Shown piece after piece: positions 49,403-58,223 of a stretch of DNA of 64,000 bases (position 1 is its first letter; each line of letters starts with the position of its first letter). Made by a program: the position numbers and the translations under genes. Where the stretch lies: positions 18,060 through 82,059 of IMG/VR virus record IMGVR_UViG_3300025161_000006. One strand, 5' to 3'. The stretch comes from a virus. Below the pieces are notes generated by a model, which did no database searches, had not been told where the DNA came from, and saw only the letters and a list, made by a program, of their open reading frames with translations.

Positions 49403-50444
49403 AATACTGACTGTTTACGTAACTTACTGGTACTGATATATCTTCTGCTGAAATGTTTATACATGAAGCTATTTGGTCAAATTCTGCCACCACAGGTTTA
49501 GTACCTATAACATTGAATACAGCATCTTCTGGTGCTTCCATATCTATGGTTACATCTATAGTAGTGTCTTTAAACTCTATGGTAGTATCTGATAGTGACT
49601 CTATTGTATAAATACACTCCTTCCGTATACTTTCTATATCATTAGACGACAGGTTGGATATTATCTTATTTAACTGTTTACCTGTATAAGTATCTTCTAA
49701 CCTGCCAACAACATGATAGTAATCTCCAACACCTGGTATAGACAGTTCAAATATGTGTTCTTTTTGTACAGGCTTATTATTATATGCTTGCATGAACTTA
49801 CTAAGAGAGTCTGTAACAAATTGTGAGTAAAGTCTATACACCCCAACAGTATTTTGTGTCCTTATTATTGGATATAAGTTGATAGCAAGACTTTCAATCT
49901 TTGACTGCAACGAGTCTACTAATATATTTTCTATTGTAGCATTAAACTTTTCTTTCTCATGTGGTATATACAACCAATTATAGAATTTTCTTAGTATATC
50001 TCTAACCACAGTTCCCTGACACATGAGCCCTGCATTACGTCTAATAGTAGATACATGAGGATGTATAAACAAAGCACCATCACTTACTTCATAGTACTTA
50101 AATCTGGACCTATTTATGCTTATTGTAATATCACGTATGTTAAGTGCAGCAACATATTTCTCGAGGCTTGAGTAAAGAAACACAATAGGCATATGTATAG
50201 TTACAAACATGTCATGCAGTGTATAGGTAGCAGTAGTTTCGACATCTATCATTTCAACAGAAGGGAAATATACTATAATATCTATGACACCAGAACCTCT
50301 GTGAGTATGGATATCAACTCTTTCCTCACCAAAGATGTCATAAAATACTTTCCGGGTCATATCAGTAAGTATATCCATTATTCTATCTACCATTTCATCC
50401 TTAGTAAGTAACTCAGGCTGAGGAGTATTGTTTGTCTGTTCCAT
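49326..50444 (-). CDS. Divergent E2 (UBC-like) protein
   Basis: FIHPHVS...LMCQG (His128, Cys142) resembles the E2 HPN...C signature. Lies between the Ubl and JAB genes. Confidence 0.65.
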   Translation of the reverse strand: MEQTNNTPQPELLTKDEMVDRIMDILTDMTRKVFYDIFGEERVDIHTHRGSGVIDIIVYFPSVEMIDVETTATYTLHDMFVTIHMPIVFLYSSLEKYVAALNIRDITISINRSRFKYYEVSDGALFIHPHVSTIRRNAGLMCQGTVVRDILRKFYNWLYIPHEKEKFNATIENILVDSLQSKIESLAINLYPIIRTQNTVGVYRLYSQFVTDSLSKFMQAYNNKPVQKEHIFELSIPGVGDYYHVVGRLEDTYTGKQLNKIISNLSSNDIESIRKECIYTIESLSDTTIEFKDTTIDVTIDMEAPEDAVFNVIGTKPVVAEFDQIASCINISAEDISVPVSYVNSQYYEKTKEKNGYYEHKKVRRVRSKSRS

Positions 50445-50465
50445 TGTTAATGAATTTAAGGTTAG

Positions 50466-50500
50466 ATAAGAAAAGGGGGTATATTTCTATACCCCCTTTC
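50466..50500 (-). terminator. Rho-independent terminator after the Ubl gene
   Basis: - strand AAAGGGGGTATA-GAAA-TATACCCCCTTT then TCTT. 12-bp stem with a GNRA loop. Confidence 0.8.
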
Positions 50501-50512
50501 AGATGACAGAAA

Positions 50513-50767
50513 CTATTTAATCCCCGAATCAACTTTCTTTGGACTCATGTAGATTTTAATCTCAGCTTCATTGCTAAGAGGACTCGATGGACCAAGTTCT
50601 CTAATACCATGAGAATCCTTCAGAAAGAATGTGACCTTGCTGGCCAGTTCATCATCCAGAATATCATTTTCTTTCAGCTGATTGAGAAATCCTGCAAGAG
50701 TAGCTGCTTCAGTCTGTACCATCTGTGTACTTAAGTTGGTCGTGTTGACCAGTTTTACTGTTACCAT
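50513..50767 (-). CDS. Ubiquitin-like (beta-grasp) small protein
   Basis: 84 aa with a beta-beta-alpha-beta...beta pattern (VTVKLV, TQMVQT, TLAGFLNQL, IKIYMSP). C-tail KKVDSG-IK. Operon context agrees. Confidence 0.7.
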   Translation of the reverse strand: MVTVKLVNTTNLSTQMVQTEAATLAGFLNQLKENDILDDELASKVTFFLKDSHGIRELGPSSPLSNEAEIKIYMSPKKVDSGIK

Positions 50768-51210
50768 AGTTTGTTTGTTTTTGGTTTTACAATATTATCT
50801 TTTAACAAAATTGCAATGTATACTCCCGGGTTTTCTTTTGATATAGTACTATACATACCATTTATTTCATAAGGCATGGGCAGCATCTCCTCTACATTAT
50901 CATCCTCTATCCATCCATTCCTTACTATAAGGTCTTGTACAGTCTGTACCATATTCACCCAGTCATACTTTTGTTTTGTCTTTCTTGCGAAATGTATTCT
51001 AATTACAATAGGTTTCTCCAGAGAGATTGCTGTCTCTCTGAATTGTGCAATAAGACTTTCATCATCCCATAAATGTTTTGTAGCCTTCAGATAAGTAGCT
51101 AAAGCTTTAGATGGAAAACTAGATGCTCTCCTGTTCTTGGATATTATCCTGCTATTCTTACCTGATGGAACACTTCCGGGGATAAAACATGAGAATAATA
51201 CATCATTCAT
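50761..51210 (-). CDS. RusA-like Holliday junction resolvase
   Basis: VPSGKN, YDWVN...QD...IEDDN motifs. Confidence 0.8.
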   Translation of the reverse strand: MNDVLFSCFIPGSVPSGKNSRIISKNRRASSFPSKALATYLKATKHLWDDESLIAQFRETAISLEKPIVIRIHFARKTKQKYDWVNMVQTVQDLIVRNGWIEDDNVEEMLPMPYEINGMYSTISKENPGVYIAILLKDNIVKPKTNKLW

Positions 51211-52210
51211 ATACTTGATTTATTAAGTGATTGACTATATTCTTAGCAAAGTTAAATCCCATTCCCTTGATGCAGTCAGATATATCCTTAAGTTCCAATG
51301 CTATAGGCAATGCAATGTATGGTATGCTATACATATTGCTAAACTTCTTCGCATTCTCAAGTCCTGTTGTATCATTATCCCAGAAGATTAGCAATCTTTT
51401 GAACCTTTGCATTTGCTTATGCATATACTTCTCAGGTAGCCATGTAGTTTCACTCACTGTAGCAATAGCCACATATCCAAGTTCATAAAGGCACATTACA
51501 TCTTTGAGAGATTTAGTCACAATCAGTAAGTCACCTGACTTAGGAAGCACTCCTTCACCCTGTACTACATCTCCTCCATTGCTGAACCATTTATATTCAG
51601 ACTTTGGCTGATATATCTTTCTTCTGAATATGTCCTCATCCCAGTAATATTCATAGCTGTAAGCAAGCTTATCAGCTTTATGCATCTTGCCATTTATCCA
51701 GAAGTGGGTAATAGGTTTAACACCAAATAACTTTAGTGTGTTGATAGGTATTCTGTAATTTCCATACCAATAGTCATAGTCATCCTTATTAAATTCCCTA
51801 CTCTTTATCTGTATGACTGTGGTATTTCTATACTTAATACTACCAGACCCATTACCATTAAGATATATACTGGGATTTATAACTCTCTTTGAATACTCAG
51901 GAAAGCTATGTATTAATCCCAGGGAGAAATCTTCATTAATCTTCTCCAGAGCCTGGCTATATGTAAGGTTAAATTTGGCCATCACATAGCCAATAGCTCT
52001 GAAGGATTCTCCTGTGCCAAAGTCCTTATATAAAGGTCTTCCGCCAATATCTGATATAACACAGCTGGGGTTCTTATCTTCTCTAAACTCACTATGAAAT
52101 TTTCTGTTTAGCTGTTTAAAAGGCTCACAGTATTTAGCGAATATATCATATTCACTAATGTGCAAAAGAACTTGTTCATAGGTGAGCTCTCCATTGAAAC
52201 CCCACTCCAT
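51203..52210 (-). CDS. DnaG-like primase (crAss type)
   Basis: SEFREDKNPS, YKDFG, TOPRIM TKSLKD / WDND / KDISD. Confidence 0.88.
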   Translation of the reverse strand: MEWGFNGELTYEQVLLHISEYDIFAKYCEPFKQLNRKFHSEFREDKNPSCVISDIGGRPLYKDFGTGESFRAIGYVMAKFNLTYSQALEKINEDFSLGLIHSFPEYSKRVINPSIYLNGNGSGSIKYRNTTVIQIKSREFNKDDYDYWYGNYRIPINTLKLFGVKPITHFWINGKMHKADKLAYSYEYYWDEDIFRRKIYQPKSEYKWFSNGGDVVQGEGVLPKSGDLLIVTKSLKDVMCLYELGYVAIATVSETTWLPEKYMHKQMQRFKRLLIFWDNDTTGLENAKKFSNMYSIPYIALPIALELKDISDCIKGMGFNFAKNIVNHLINQVYE

Positions 52211-52222
52211 ACTATTCAGATT

Positions 52223-52807
52223 TTAGAATGCAGCATTATCAAGTTCCTCTTTAGAGATATCAGGTTTAGTGTCTTCATCAGGTTCTGCTCCTTCTACAAC
52301 ATCAAACCTGGGATTGATTGCCAGGATGGACTGCTCAGGAGGTACTGTTGCAAGTTCAAAGATGGGTGAATAAGATGGTAAGGTAGGATAACCATTTGCA
52401 TTGAGTACAACTTTAATCCTGAGCTCTTTCTTATCCCAGCCAGGGGTCTTCTTGATGTCAGTGATAATCTTATTACAGAATTCTTCAAAGGTTTTAACAC
52501 CTGTAATCTTATAATCTTCACCAAGGAATTTGGTAGTAAGATTTTTAGCAACAGCATTAATTTTCCTTTGAGCTGCTTCAAGAGCTTTCTCATCTTTAAT
52601 CCTCTCATCAATCTTAGGTTCATAGTACCTACGTGATGCTGTAGCATTATTAGCATCTCTTACTTCAATCTCAAGATAAGCATTAGCTCCATCTTTGGCA
52701 GGCACAAAGCGTATATCTTTGATAAACCTGCCTGTGCTAATAGCTGTCTTAGGAGTTACCTTAATGAAACTTTTACCTTCGCTTGTTTTATCATCAAAAC
52801 CGTACAT
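52223..52807 (-). CDS. Probable single-stranded DNA-binding protein
   Basis: Between the Sak4-like ATPase and primase, with an acidic tail ending in F. Confidence 0.55.
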   Translation of the reverse strand: MYGFDDKTSEGKSFIKVTPKTAISTGRFIKDIRFVPAKDGANAYLEIEVRDANNATASRRYYEPKIDERIKDEKALEAAQRKINAVAKNLTTKFLGEDYKITGVKTFEEFCNKIITDIKKTPGWDKKELRIKVVLNANGYPTLPSYSPIFELATVPPEQSILAINPRFDVVEGAEPDEDTKPDISKEELDNAAF

Positions 52808-52838
52808 AGTAATTTATTTTAGTGATTTAACATTTAAT

Positions 52839-53120
52839 TTATTTAACATTCTCAGTATCAGCGTTATAAATGTCATCCGTACTTTTGTAAGGACTTTCTA
52901 CATTAGCAGTTGAAGTAGGTTCTTCAGGATTTGGTACATCAAATACAAATTCAGCATTTCTCTTGCTTGGAAACACACCTTTAAGAACTCCAGACCTTTT
53001 CAAGGCAGCCATATCTGATGCGCTAAGTCCCAATGCCTTAGCTACTTCTTTCCTAGTATAGCCTTCTTCACGAATGAGCCTGATAATTTCAGACACTCTA
53101 ATTTGTTTTTTTTCGCTCAT
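52839..53120 (-). CDS. HTH DNA-binding protein
   Basis: GYTRKEVAKALGLS. Confidence 0.7.
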   Translation of the reverse strand: MSEKKQIRVSEIIRLIREEGYTRKEVAKALGLSASDMAALKRSGVLKGVFPSKRNAEFVFDVPNPEEPTSTANVESPYKSTDDIYNADTENVK

Positions 53121-53139
53121 AGTTGTTTTAATTTATGTA

Positions 53140-53868
53140 TTATTTAATGTTGTAATATTCACGCATAGTCTTATCTACCAGAGATAAACTATTAGGTATT
53201 CTAAAGTTATCAAACATCAAAAGAGCAGTCTTACCTGTTGACCTGTTAGCTTGAGTTTCAAAGTAATACTTATGTTCTCCATCACTACCTCTATCTACTG
53301 CTGTGAAGAGAACATTAGTCATCTTACTTTCCAGCTTAATTCTTTCAAGTTTTCGTCCATTTGTCAACAAGCATTTAGACTCATTACCATCAACATCAGT
53401 GTATAAAGTTACATGTCCTACAAAGTATACAATCACATCAGGGCGCATCTCATGATTGACAAAGCTTATGAGAGTATATATATCTCTTGCCAGGTCCATC
53501 CACTTATCATAAGTGGCTTTTTTAAACTCAAGCATTTCCTTGTCATTCATAATAGCATTCACAGTGTCAATCACCACAGATTTAATTTTCTCACCCTTAT
53601 GTACTTTCTCAAGTATAGCCAGTACCACATCTGAGTCAGACGTTAGTATCTGGCTTTTACCTACAGGAAATATAGGTCTTGGGAATGAGGGTGGCTTCTT
53701 GTCACAGTTTATCCACAATGTTGTCTCAGGGTCCATACCTTTATATTCTGACATGTCCCATTGACCATCAGGTAATTTCTTTGGTGCATAAGTGCCGTCA
53801 GGATTTATAGCCAGACAGGTGCTCTTTCCTGTACCGCTTATACCCAAAATTCCAACTGAAATACCCAT
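53140..53868 (-). CDS. AAA_24 / Sak4-like ATPase
   Basis: Walker A GISGTGKST, Walker B VVIDT. Confidence 0.88.
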   Translation of the reverse strand: MGISVGILGISGTGKSTCLAINPDGTYAPKKLPDGQWDMSEYKGMDPETTLWINCDKKPPSFPRPIFPVGKSQILTSDSDVVLAILEKVHKGEKIKSVVIDTVNAIMNDKEMLEFKKATYDKWMDLARDIYTLISFVNHEMRPDVIVYFVGHVTLYTDVDGNESKCLLTNGRKLERIKLESKMTNVLFTAVDRGSDGEHKYYFETQANRSTGKTALLMFDNFRIPNSLSLVDKTMREYYNIK

Positions 53869-53880
53869 GTTACCTCCTAT

Positions 53881-55008
53881 TTATTTAGTTATTACTATTC
53901 TCTTTTCAATCTTTTGATAAACCTCATCAGTCATTTGTTCAGCTGGAGGAAGTTCTTTAAAATAGTTCACTGCCCCATCAAAGTATAGAGATGTCTCGCA
54001 AGGCTCTCCATTCCTGTCAAATTCAACAGCAAGTCTTCTGTAGCTATCTTTAAGTCTGGTAATATCATAGTTCAGGTATCTACGTATCTTATGTCTAAAT
54101 GGAGAGTATAGAGTAAGCATAATATCAACATCTTTTGAAGTGGCTTTATAATCAGCAAGACCATCTGCTGATGGTTCAAGTCTATCCATTTTGATAGATT
54201 CATTAGACTCTTTAGTTAGAGCTTGCTGCTGTACAATAACAGGTATACCACCCCATAGATTTCTTACTCTAATCATATACTCTGATGAGAACTTCTCAAT
54301 AGTTTCATATAGTGTAGCTTTCTTTTCACTTCTTAATAAATTCACATTATCAATGATGATGATAGTAAATAAATCCTTATCATCTGGTATATATCTATCA
54401 ATAGTATCTATCTGCTTCTTCTCACCACTATCTTCAGTTATCCATACTTTCTTATACTCATAGTGGCCTCTCTGTTCAAAATAAGAACGCAGATATTTAT
54501 ATATACCGAAAGGATTTCTTATATCATCAATAAATTCAACAACAGATTCAAACTTTTCAAACCAGGGCTTATCTTCTTCTATAAGTCGCAGCATATCATC
54601 AGGTAAGATATCTGTACTATACAAGCTTTCAAGTCTTCTTACTGTATATCTTATATTATGCTTCATATACATCCTGTGAACTATAGCTTGTTTCATCTTT
54701 AACTCTTTACTCATCTCAAGGGAGAAGTAAAGAATCTTAACCTTGATATTAGTTTGATGAGTGAGCACAAACTCAACAGGAGAAAGCATAAACATAAAAT
54801 CAGTAATCTGACTTTTACCTGCCTTCTGATTTGCTGTGACAAGGTAGTAAGTACCCTTCTGTATGCCTGGCACAAAGTTACTAAACCTGGGGAAAGGGAA
54901 GGGTATAGTTATATCATATCCCTGTTCTCTCAGGATTTTATTCTCTCTGATTTTCTCTACCACTCTGGTAAAGACAGAGCTCTCACGCTGTGTTTCTTGT
55001 GAAGTCAT
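53881..55008 (-). CDS. DnaB-like replicative helicase
   Basis: ANQKAGKS, FSLEM, IIIDN, VQQQ. Confidence 0.88.
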   Translation of the reverse strand: MTSQETQRESSVFTRVVEKIRENKILREQGYDITIPFPFPRFSNFVPGIQKGTYYLVTANQKAGKSQITDFMFMLSPVEFVLTHQTNIKVKILYFSLEMSKELKMKQAIVHRMYMKHNIRYTVRRLESLYSTDILPDDMLRLIEEDKPWFEKFESVVEFIDDIRNPFGIYKYLRSYFEQRGHYEYKKVWITEDSGEKKQIDTIDRYIPDDKDLFTIIIIDNVNLLRSEKKATLYETIEKFSSEYMIRVRNLWGGIPVIVQQQALTKESNESIKMDRLEPSADGLADYKATSKDVDIMLTLYSPFRHKIRRYLNYDITRLKDSYRRLAVEFDRNGEPCETSLYFDGAVNYFKELPPAEQMTDEVYQKIEKRIVITK

Positions 55009-55561
55009 CTTCTGTAGGGTCTTCTGTTAGATACTTAGATGCATCAATCTCCCACCTTTTCTGATTGATATAAGTTTCTATGTTGTTCATATACTTAATA
55101 TCACCAGATTCCACACGAGCTCTAAGCACTTTCATAACAAACTCATGGTCTTTAGCTTTCTTGACTTTGGCAATATACTTATCCCTTGCTCTCTTGTAGT
55201 TCTCAGAGTTCTTAGTAGCTGCCCTGAGCATCCTACCATCAGGTGTTTTGATTGGAAAAGCTTCAAAGAACTCATCAAACTGCCTTTCAAGCACTTCTCT
55301 TCCCTCGAACATATCTATTGCATCTTGTCTTAATACAAAGTCAAGACTTTCTCCTCCTATGATTTTGATGTATCCCTCTCTCTCAAGAGTCTTTAGCATG
55401 ATGGAGTCAGTTACACATTTAAGAGCTACTTTTGGCCCATGGTAGTATGCTATTAGCAGGGTAACATACTCCTGTAATAGCATACCACGAGCCTGGTATT
55501 TTAAGTAGTCTTGTATGTCTAGTTCTACCTTAGCCATGATTGTGTTTTTGCGGTTAGACAT
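54983..55561 (-). CDS. Replication initiator / helicase-loader-like protein
   Basis: wHTH-like N-part, FDEFFEAFP...YINQKRWE, adjacent to the helicase. Confidence 0.6.
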   Translation of the reverse strand: MSNRKNTIMAKVELDIQDYLKYQARGMLLQEYVTLLIAYYHGPKVALKCVTDSIMLKTLEREGYIKIIGGESLDFVLRQDAIDMFEGREVLERQFDEFFEAFPIKTPDGRMLRAATKNSENYKRARDKYIAKVKKAKDHEFVMKVLRARVESGDIKYMNNIETYINQKRWEIDASKYLTEDPTEDDFTRNTA

Positions 55562-56054
55562 TATACTTGTCCAATATAGAGTTCACTTCTTTTCTTGTAA
55601 AGTAATCAATGTTTTTACGGTAATAATACATAACTCTTTTGTAATATGCGGGCTTAGTTCCCATACCATTCCATATAATACAAGCTTTGCGTATTGACAG
55701 CTCTTTATTCTTTGATAGCATTACTATACGAAATATATTAACAGATAGTGTGCTATCAAATCTGTCATTAAGCGCAAAGATAATAGAGTCCTGTATGTGG
55801 TTTACTTCCTTAATCATAACAGGTCTGATATGAAGTACACCACCAGAGTTCTCACAGGCAAGGTAGCTATCATGCTTACCAAGACTTTCTGTCATTACAA
55901 ATGAGTATGTCATGGCATGTAGATGTGCATTATACATTGCCTGGGTAAGTTCTCTATCAACTTGCTTATAGATGGTAATATTCTCATGCAGTACAGGAGA
56001 ATATCCAATACTGCAGGGAACTAACATCAATATAATTAAAATCAAATGTTTCAT
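55554..56054 (-). CDS. Secreted lysozyme-like / lytic transglycosylase
   Basis: Signal peptide, MTES (catalytic E), GVLHI, WNG. Confidence 0.7.
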   Translation of the reverse strand: MKHLILIILMLVPCSIGYSPVLHENITIYKQVDRELTQAMYNAHLHAMTYSFVMTESLGKHDSYLACENSGGVLHIRPVMIKEVNHIQDSIIFALNDRFDSTLSVNIFRIVMLSKNKELSIRKACIIWNGMGTKPAYYKRVMYYYRKNIDYFTRKEVNSILDKYNV

Positions 56055-56076
56055 AATCTAAAGTATTAGGTTAAAC

Positions 56077-56268
56077 TTAAGGTGTATCATACCCCATCTG
56101 TTTAATCTTCATACTCTCATAGTCTTCAATATCCTCTAATCCAGGGTCTTGCTGAAGATAAAACTGTGGGTCATCCTCTGGACTAAATCCAAGAGAATAA
56201 AGTTCAGCCTGCTCGTCGAGTAATGCATCGAGCAGCTCATCAGATGAAATCATATCAGGTGTGTTCAT
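56077..56268 (-). CDS. Small acidic protein
   Basis: 63 aa, Asp/Glu-rich, ATGA-coupled. Confidence 0.55.
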   Translation of the reverse strand: MNTPDMISSDELLDALLDEQAELYSLGFSPEDDPQFYLQQDPGLEDIEDYESMKIKQMGYDTP

Positions 56269-57164
56269 TCTTTTTTGTTTTTGTTATTTTTACCTGTCCA
56301 AAATTCCAATATGTTATTACAAGATTCACGCTTTTTACTTGTACTTGATATAGCAGCTTTATTAGTCACTGCATCATAGTACATAGTAAACTCTCCATCA
56401 TCACCCATATAGAAAGGAGTATCCTTTACATCAATATTCAACTGCTCAATAGCAAGATTATCAAATGCAACAACATCAATGTTAAAGGTATAAATAGGTG
56501 ATTCAAAGAAGTGCATAGCTTCTTCACATATCACATTAAAATCTCCCAGCGAGTTATAGTATGTCACTCCTCTTCCCTTTCTCTTATATCCAAGTATTAC
56601 AATCTTAAGAGGATAAGGAGCTGTGATGCTTAAGTTAAACACATTCTGCCAGTCTGTGATACCAAGCACTGTGTGTATTACTACATTGGGAGATATTCTC
56701 ATCAAGGTAACAATATCAGACAGATAAGGATATTCAGTAAGAGATACTCCAATACCATGTATCAACTGTTCATTAACAAGTTGTTTGAGTACATCAAGAT
56801 TCTCAGAGATATGTATAGCATTGATAGTAATGTTACATATGAATCCCTTCTCTTTAGCAAACTTTAAGAACTCAACAAGCTGAGGATATTCAAATGGATT
56901 ACCTCCCCCTATGGCCAGCTCAATACCAGCAGGCAGCCCTTCCAGTGCTTCCTTTAACTTGTTAAAGTCAGCATGCTTACCATCAACAAGAGAGCCTTCA
57001 TGGCAGAACTCACATTCAGCATTACATCTGTTGGTAATCTTAAGGTCAATAGATTCAGGGAATGCAACATGCTCACCTCTACCCATATTCTTTCTTATCT
57101 TTGTACCTGTGTCATAAATAGTGATATGATAATCTCCATTTTGGTAATTGGCAAGTTTATTCAT
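56265..57164 (-). CDS. Radical SAM protein
   Basis: CNAECEFC (CxxxCxxC), GGGNP, TMYYDAV. Confidence 0.92.
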   Translation of the reverse strand: MNKLANYQNGDYHITIYDTGTKIRKNMGRGEHVAFPESIDLKITNRCNAECEFCHEGSLVDGKHADFNKLKEALEGLPAGIELAIGGGNPFEYPQLVEFLKFAKEKGFICNITINAIHISENLDVLKQLVNEQLIHGIGVSLTEYPYLSDIVTLMRISPNVVIHTVLGITDWQNVFNLSITAPYPLKIVILGYKRKGRGVTYYNSLGDFNVICEEAMHFFESPIYTFNIDVVAFDNLAIEQLNIDVKDTPFYMGDDGEFTMYYDAVTNKAAISSTSKKRESCNNILEFWTGKNNKNKKE

Positions 57165-57166
57165 GG

Positions 57167-57715
57167 TTAATTACCTTTAACAAATATTACAGTTTCATTA
57201 GTATCTTTATATTTTTCTATGCTGCTATCTATATCATCATAGTCATCATTGTCATTGCTGGTAATGATATAGCCAACTCTAAGATATCTTTCCAGCAGCT
57301 TGTCATTTGTAGTGATAGCCTCCAGAAATTCCAGTGCTTCAAGGCTATGGTCCACAACACCAAAAGGACCTTCATATGTGTCTTCCTCTGGATTGTACAG
57401 ACGTTCTTTTACTTCTTCACCAAATGTAACCTTTATACCAAACGTACTTTCCAGCTTATCTATAAAGTTTTCAACTGCTTTAATTTTTTCATTATCAGTA
57501 TGATGATACATGCTATCCCATAGAATAATGAGAACATACTGTATCTTTGCCCCTATGGACGTTGAAGTACTGTGTTCCCAGCCAAAGTAGGCAGTATCAT
57601 CAATGTGTACTTCCTTTGGAAGTTCTTTTGTGCTTACTATTGCAGGTATGACAATAGCATGCACACTTGAGCTGTTTGTTTCAAACAGTCTGGCTCTTAA
57701 TGCTATGTGTTTCAT
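57167..57715 (-). CDS. Conserved phage protein (FETNSSSxH family)
   Basis: RLFETNSSSVHAI, FGWE, VDH, SNDN. Confidence 0.75.
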   Translation of the reverse strand: MKHIALRARLFETNSSSVHAIVIPAIVSTKELPKEVHIDDTAYFGWEHSTSTSIGAKIQYVLIILWDSMYHHTDNEKIKAVENFIDKLESTFGIKVTFGEEVKERLYNPEEDTYEGPFGVVDHSLEALEFLEAITTNDKLLERYLRVGYIITSNDNDDYDDIDSSIEKYKDTNETVIFVKGN

Positions 57716-58223
57716 GGTTTTGTAAATTTAGTTGAATAAACTCTTCTACTTCTTTCATTACATAATTAACAATAACAGGGTTAATAAGAATATCAACACC
57801 ACTTTTAAGCGCATTATCTACCATCTTTATACTGTGTATGACAGTAGCATGGTGTTTACCAAATAAAAACCCAAGAGCTTTATAAGTTATACTTAGATTC
57901 ATATTATATGTTTTATACTTATCAGTTAATGTCTTTACTATATAGAACACTATCTGTCTTGGTATAGCAATTTTTCTGCTTCTACTCGACTTATAAAGTT
58001 CTTTTGGTCTTAACCCATATTGCTTACATACAAGCGTTGTAGTCACATTAATAACATCAGTTACCTTGATAGTTGGTAGTGATGCTAACATCTCATTTAC
58101 AGTAATGCACTCCCGTACGGTAGAACTTACCTTTTGTATCAGAGCATCAATCCTAACATCAGCTATATCAAAGCTGTAAGAGTATACTGGCCTATCTGTA
58201 ACTATAAATACTTCTGCTTTCAT
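57681..58223 (-). CDS. DnaA C-terminal (domain IV)-like HTH protein
   Basis: SRSRKIAIPRQIVFY...LGFLFGKHHATVIHS. Confidence 0.8.
   Translation of the reverse strand: MKAEVFIVTDRPVYSYSFDIADVRIDALIQKVSSTVRECITVNEMLASLPTIKVTDVINVTTTLVCKQYGLRPKELYKSSRSRKIAIPRQIVFYIVKTLTDKYKTYNMNLSITYKALGFLFGKHHATVIHSIKMVDNALKSGVDILINPVIVNYVMKEVEEFIQLNLQNHETHSIKSQTV

Noticed and set aside
46850-50767. Host-derived Bil/CBASS defence island
   Set aside because: No cyclase or effector. Composition and overlaps match the phage core, and the genes are embedded in the replication operon.
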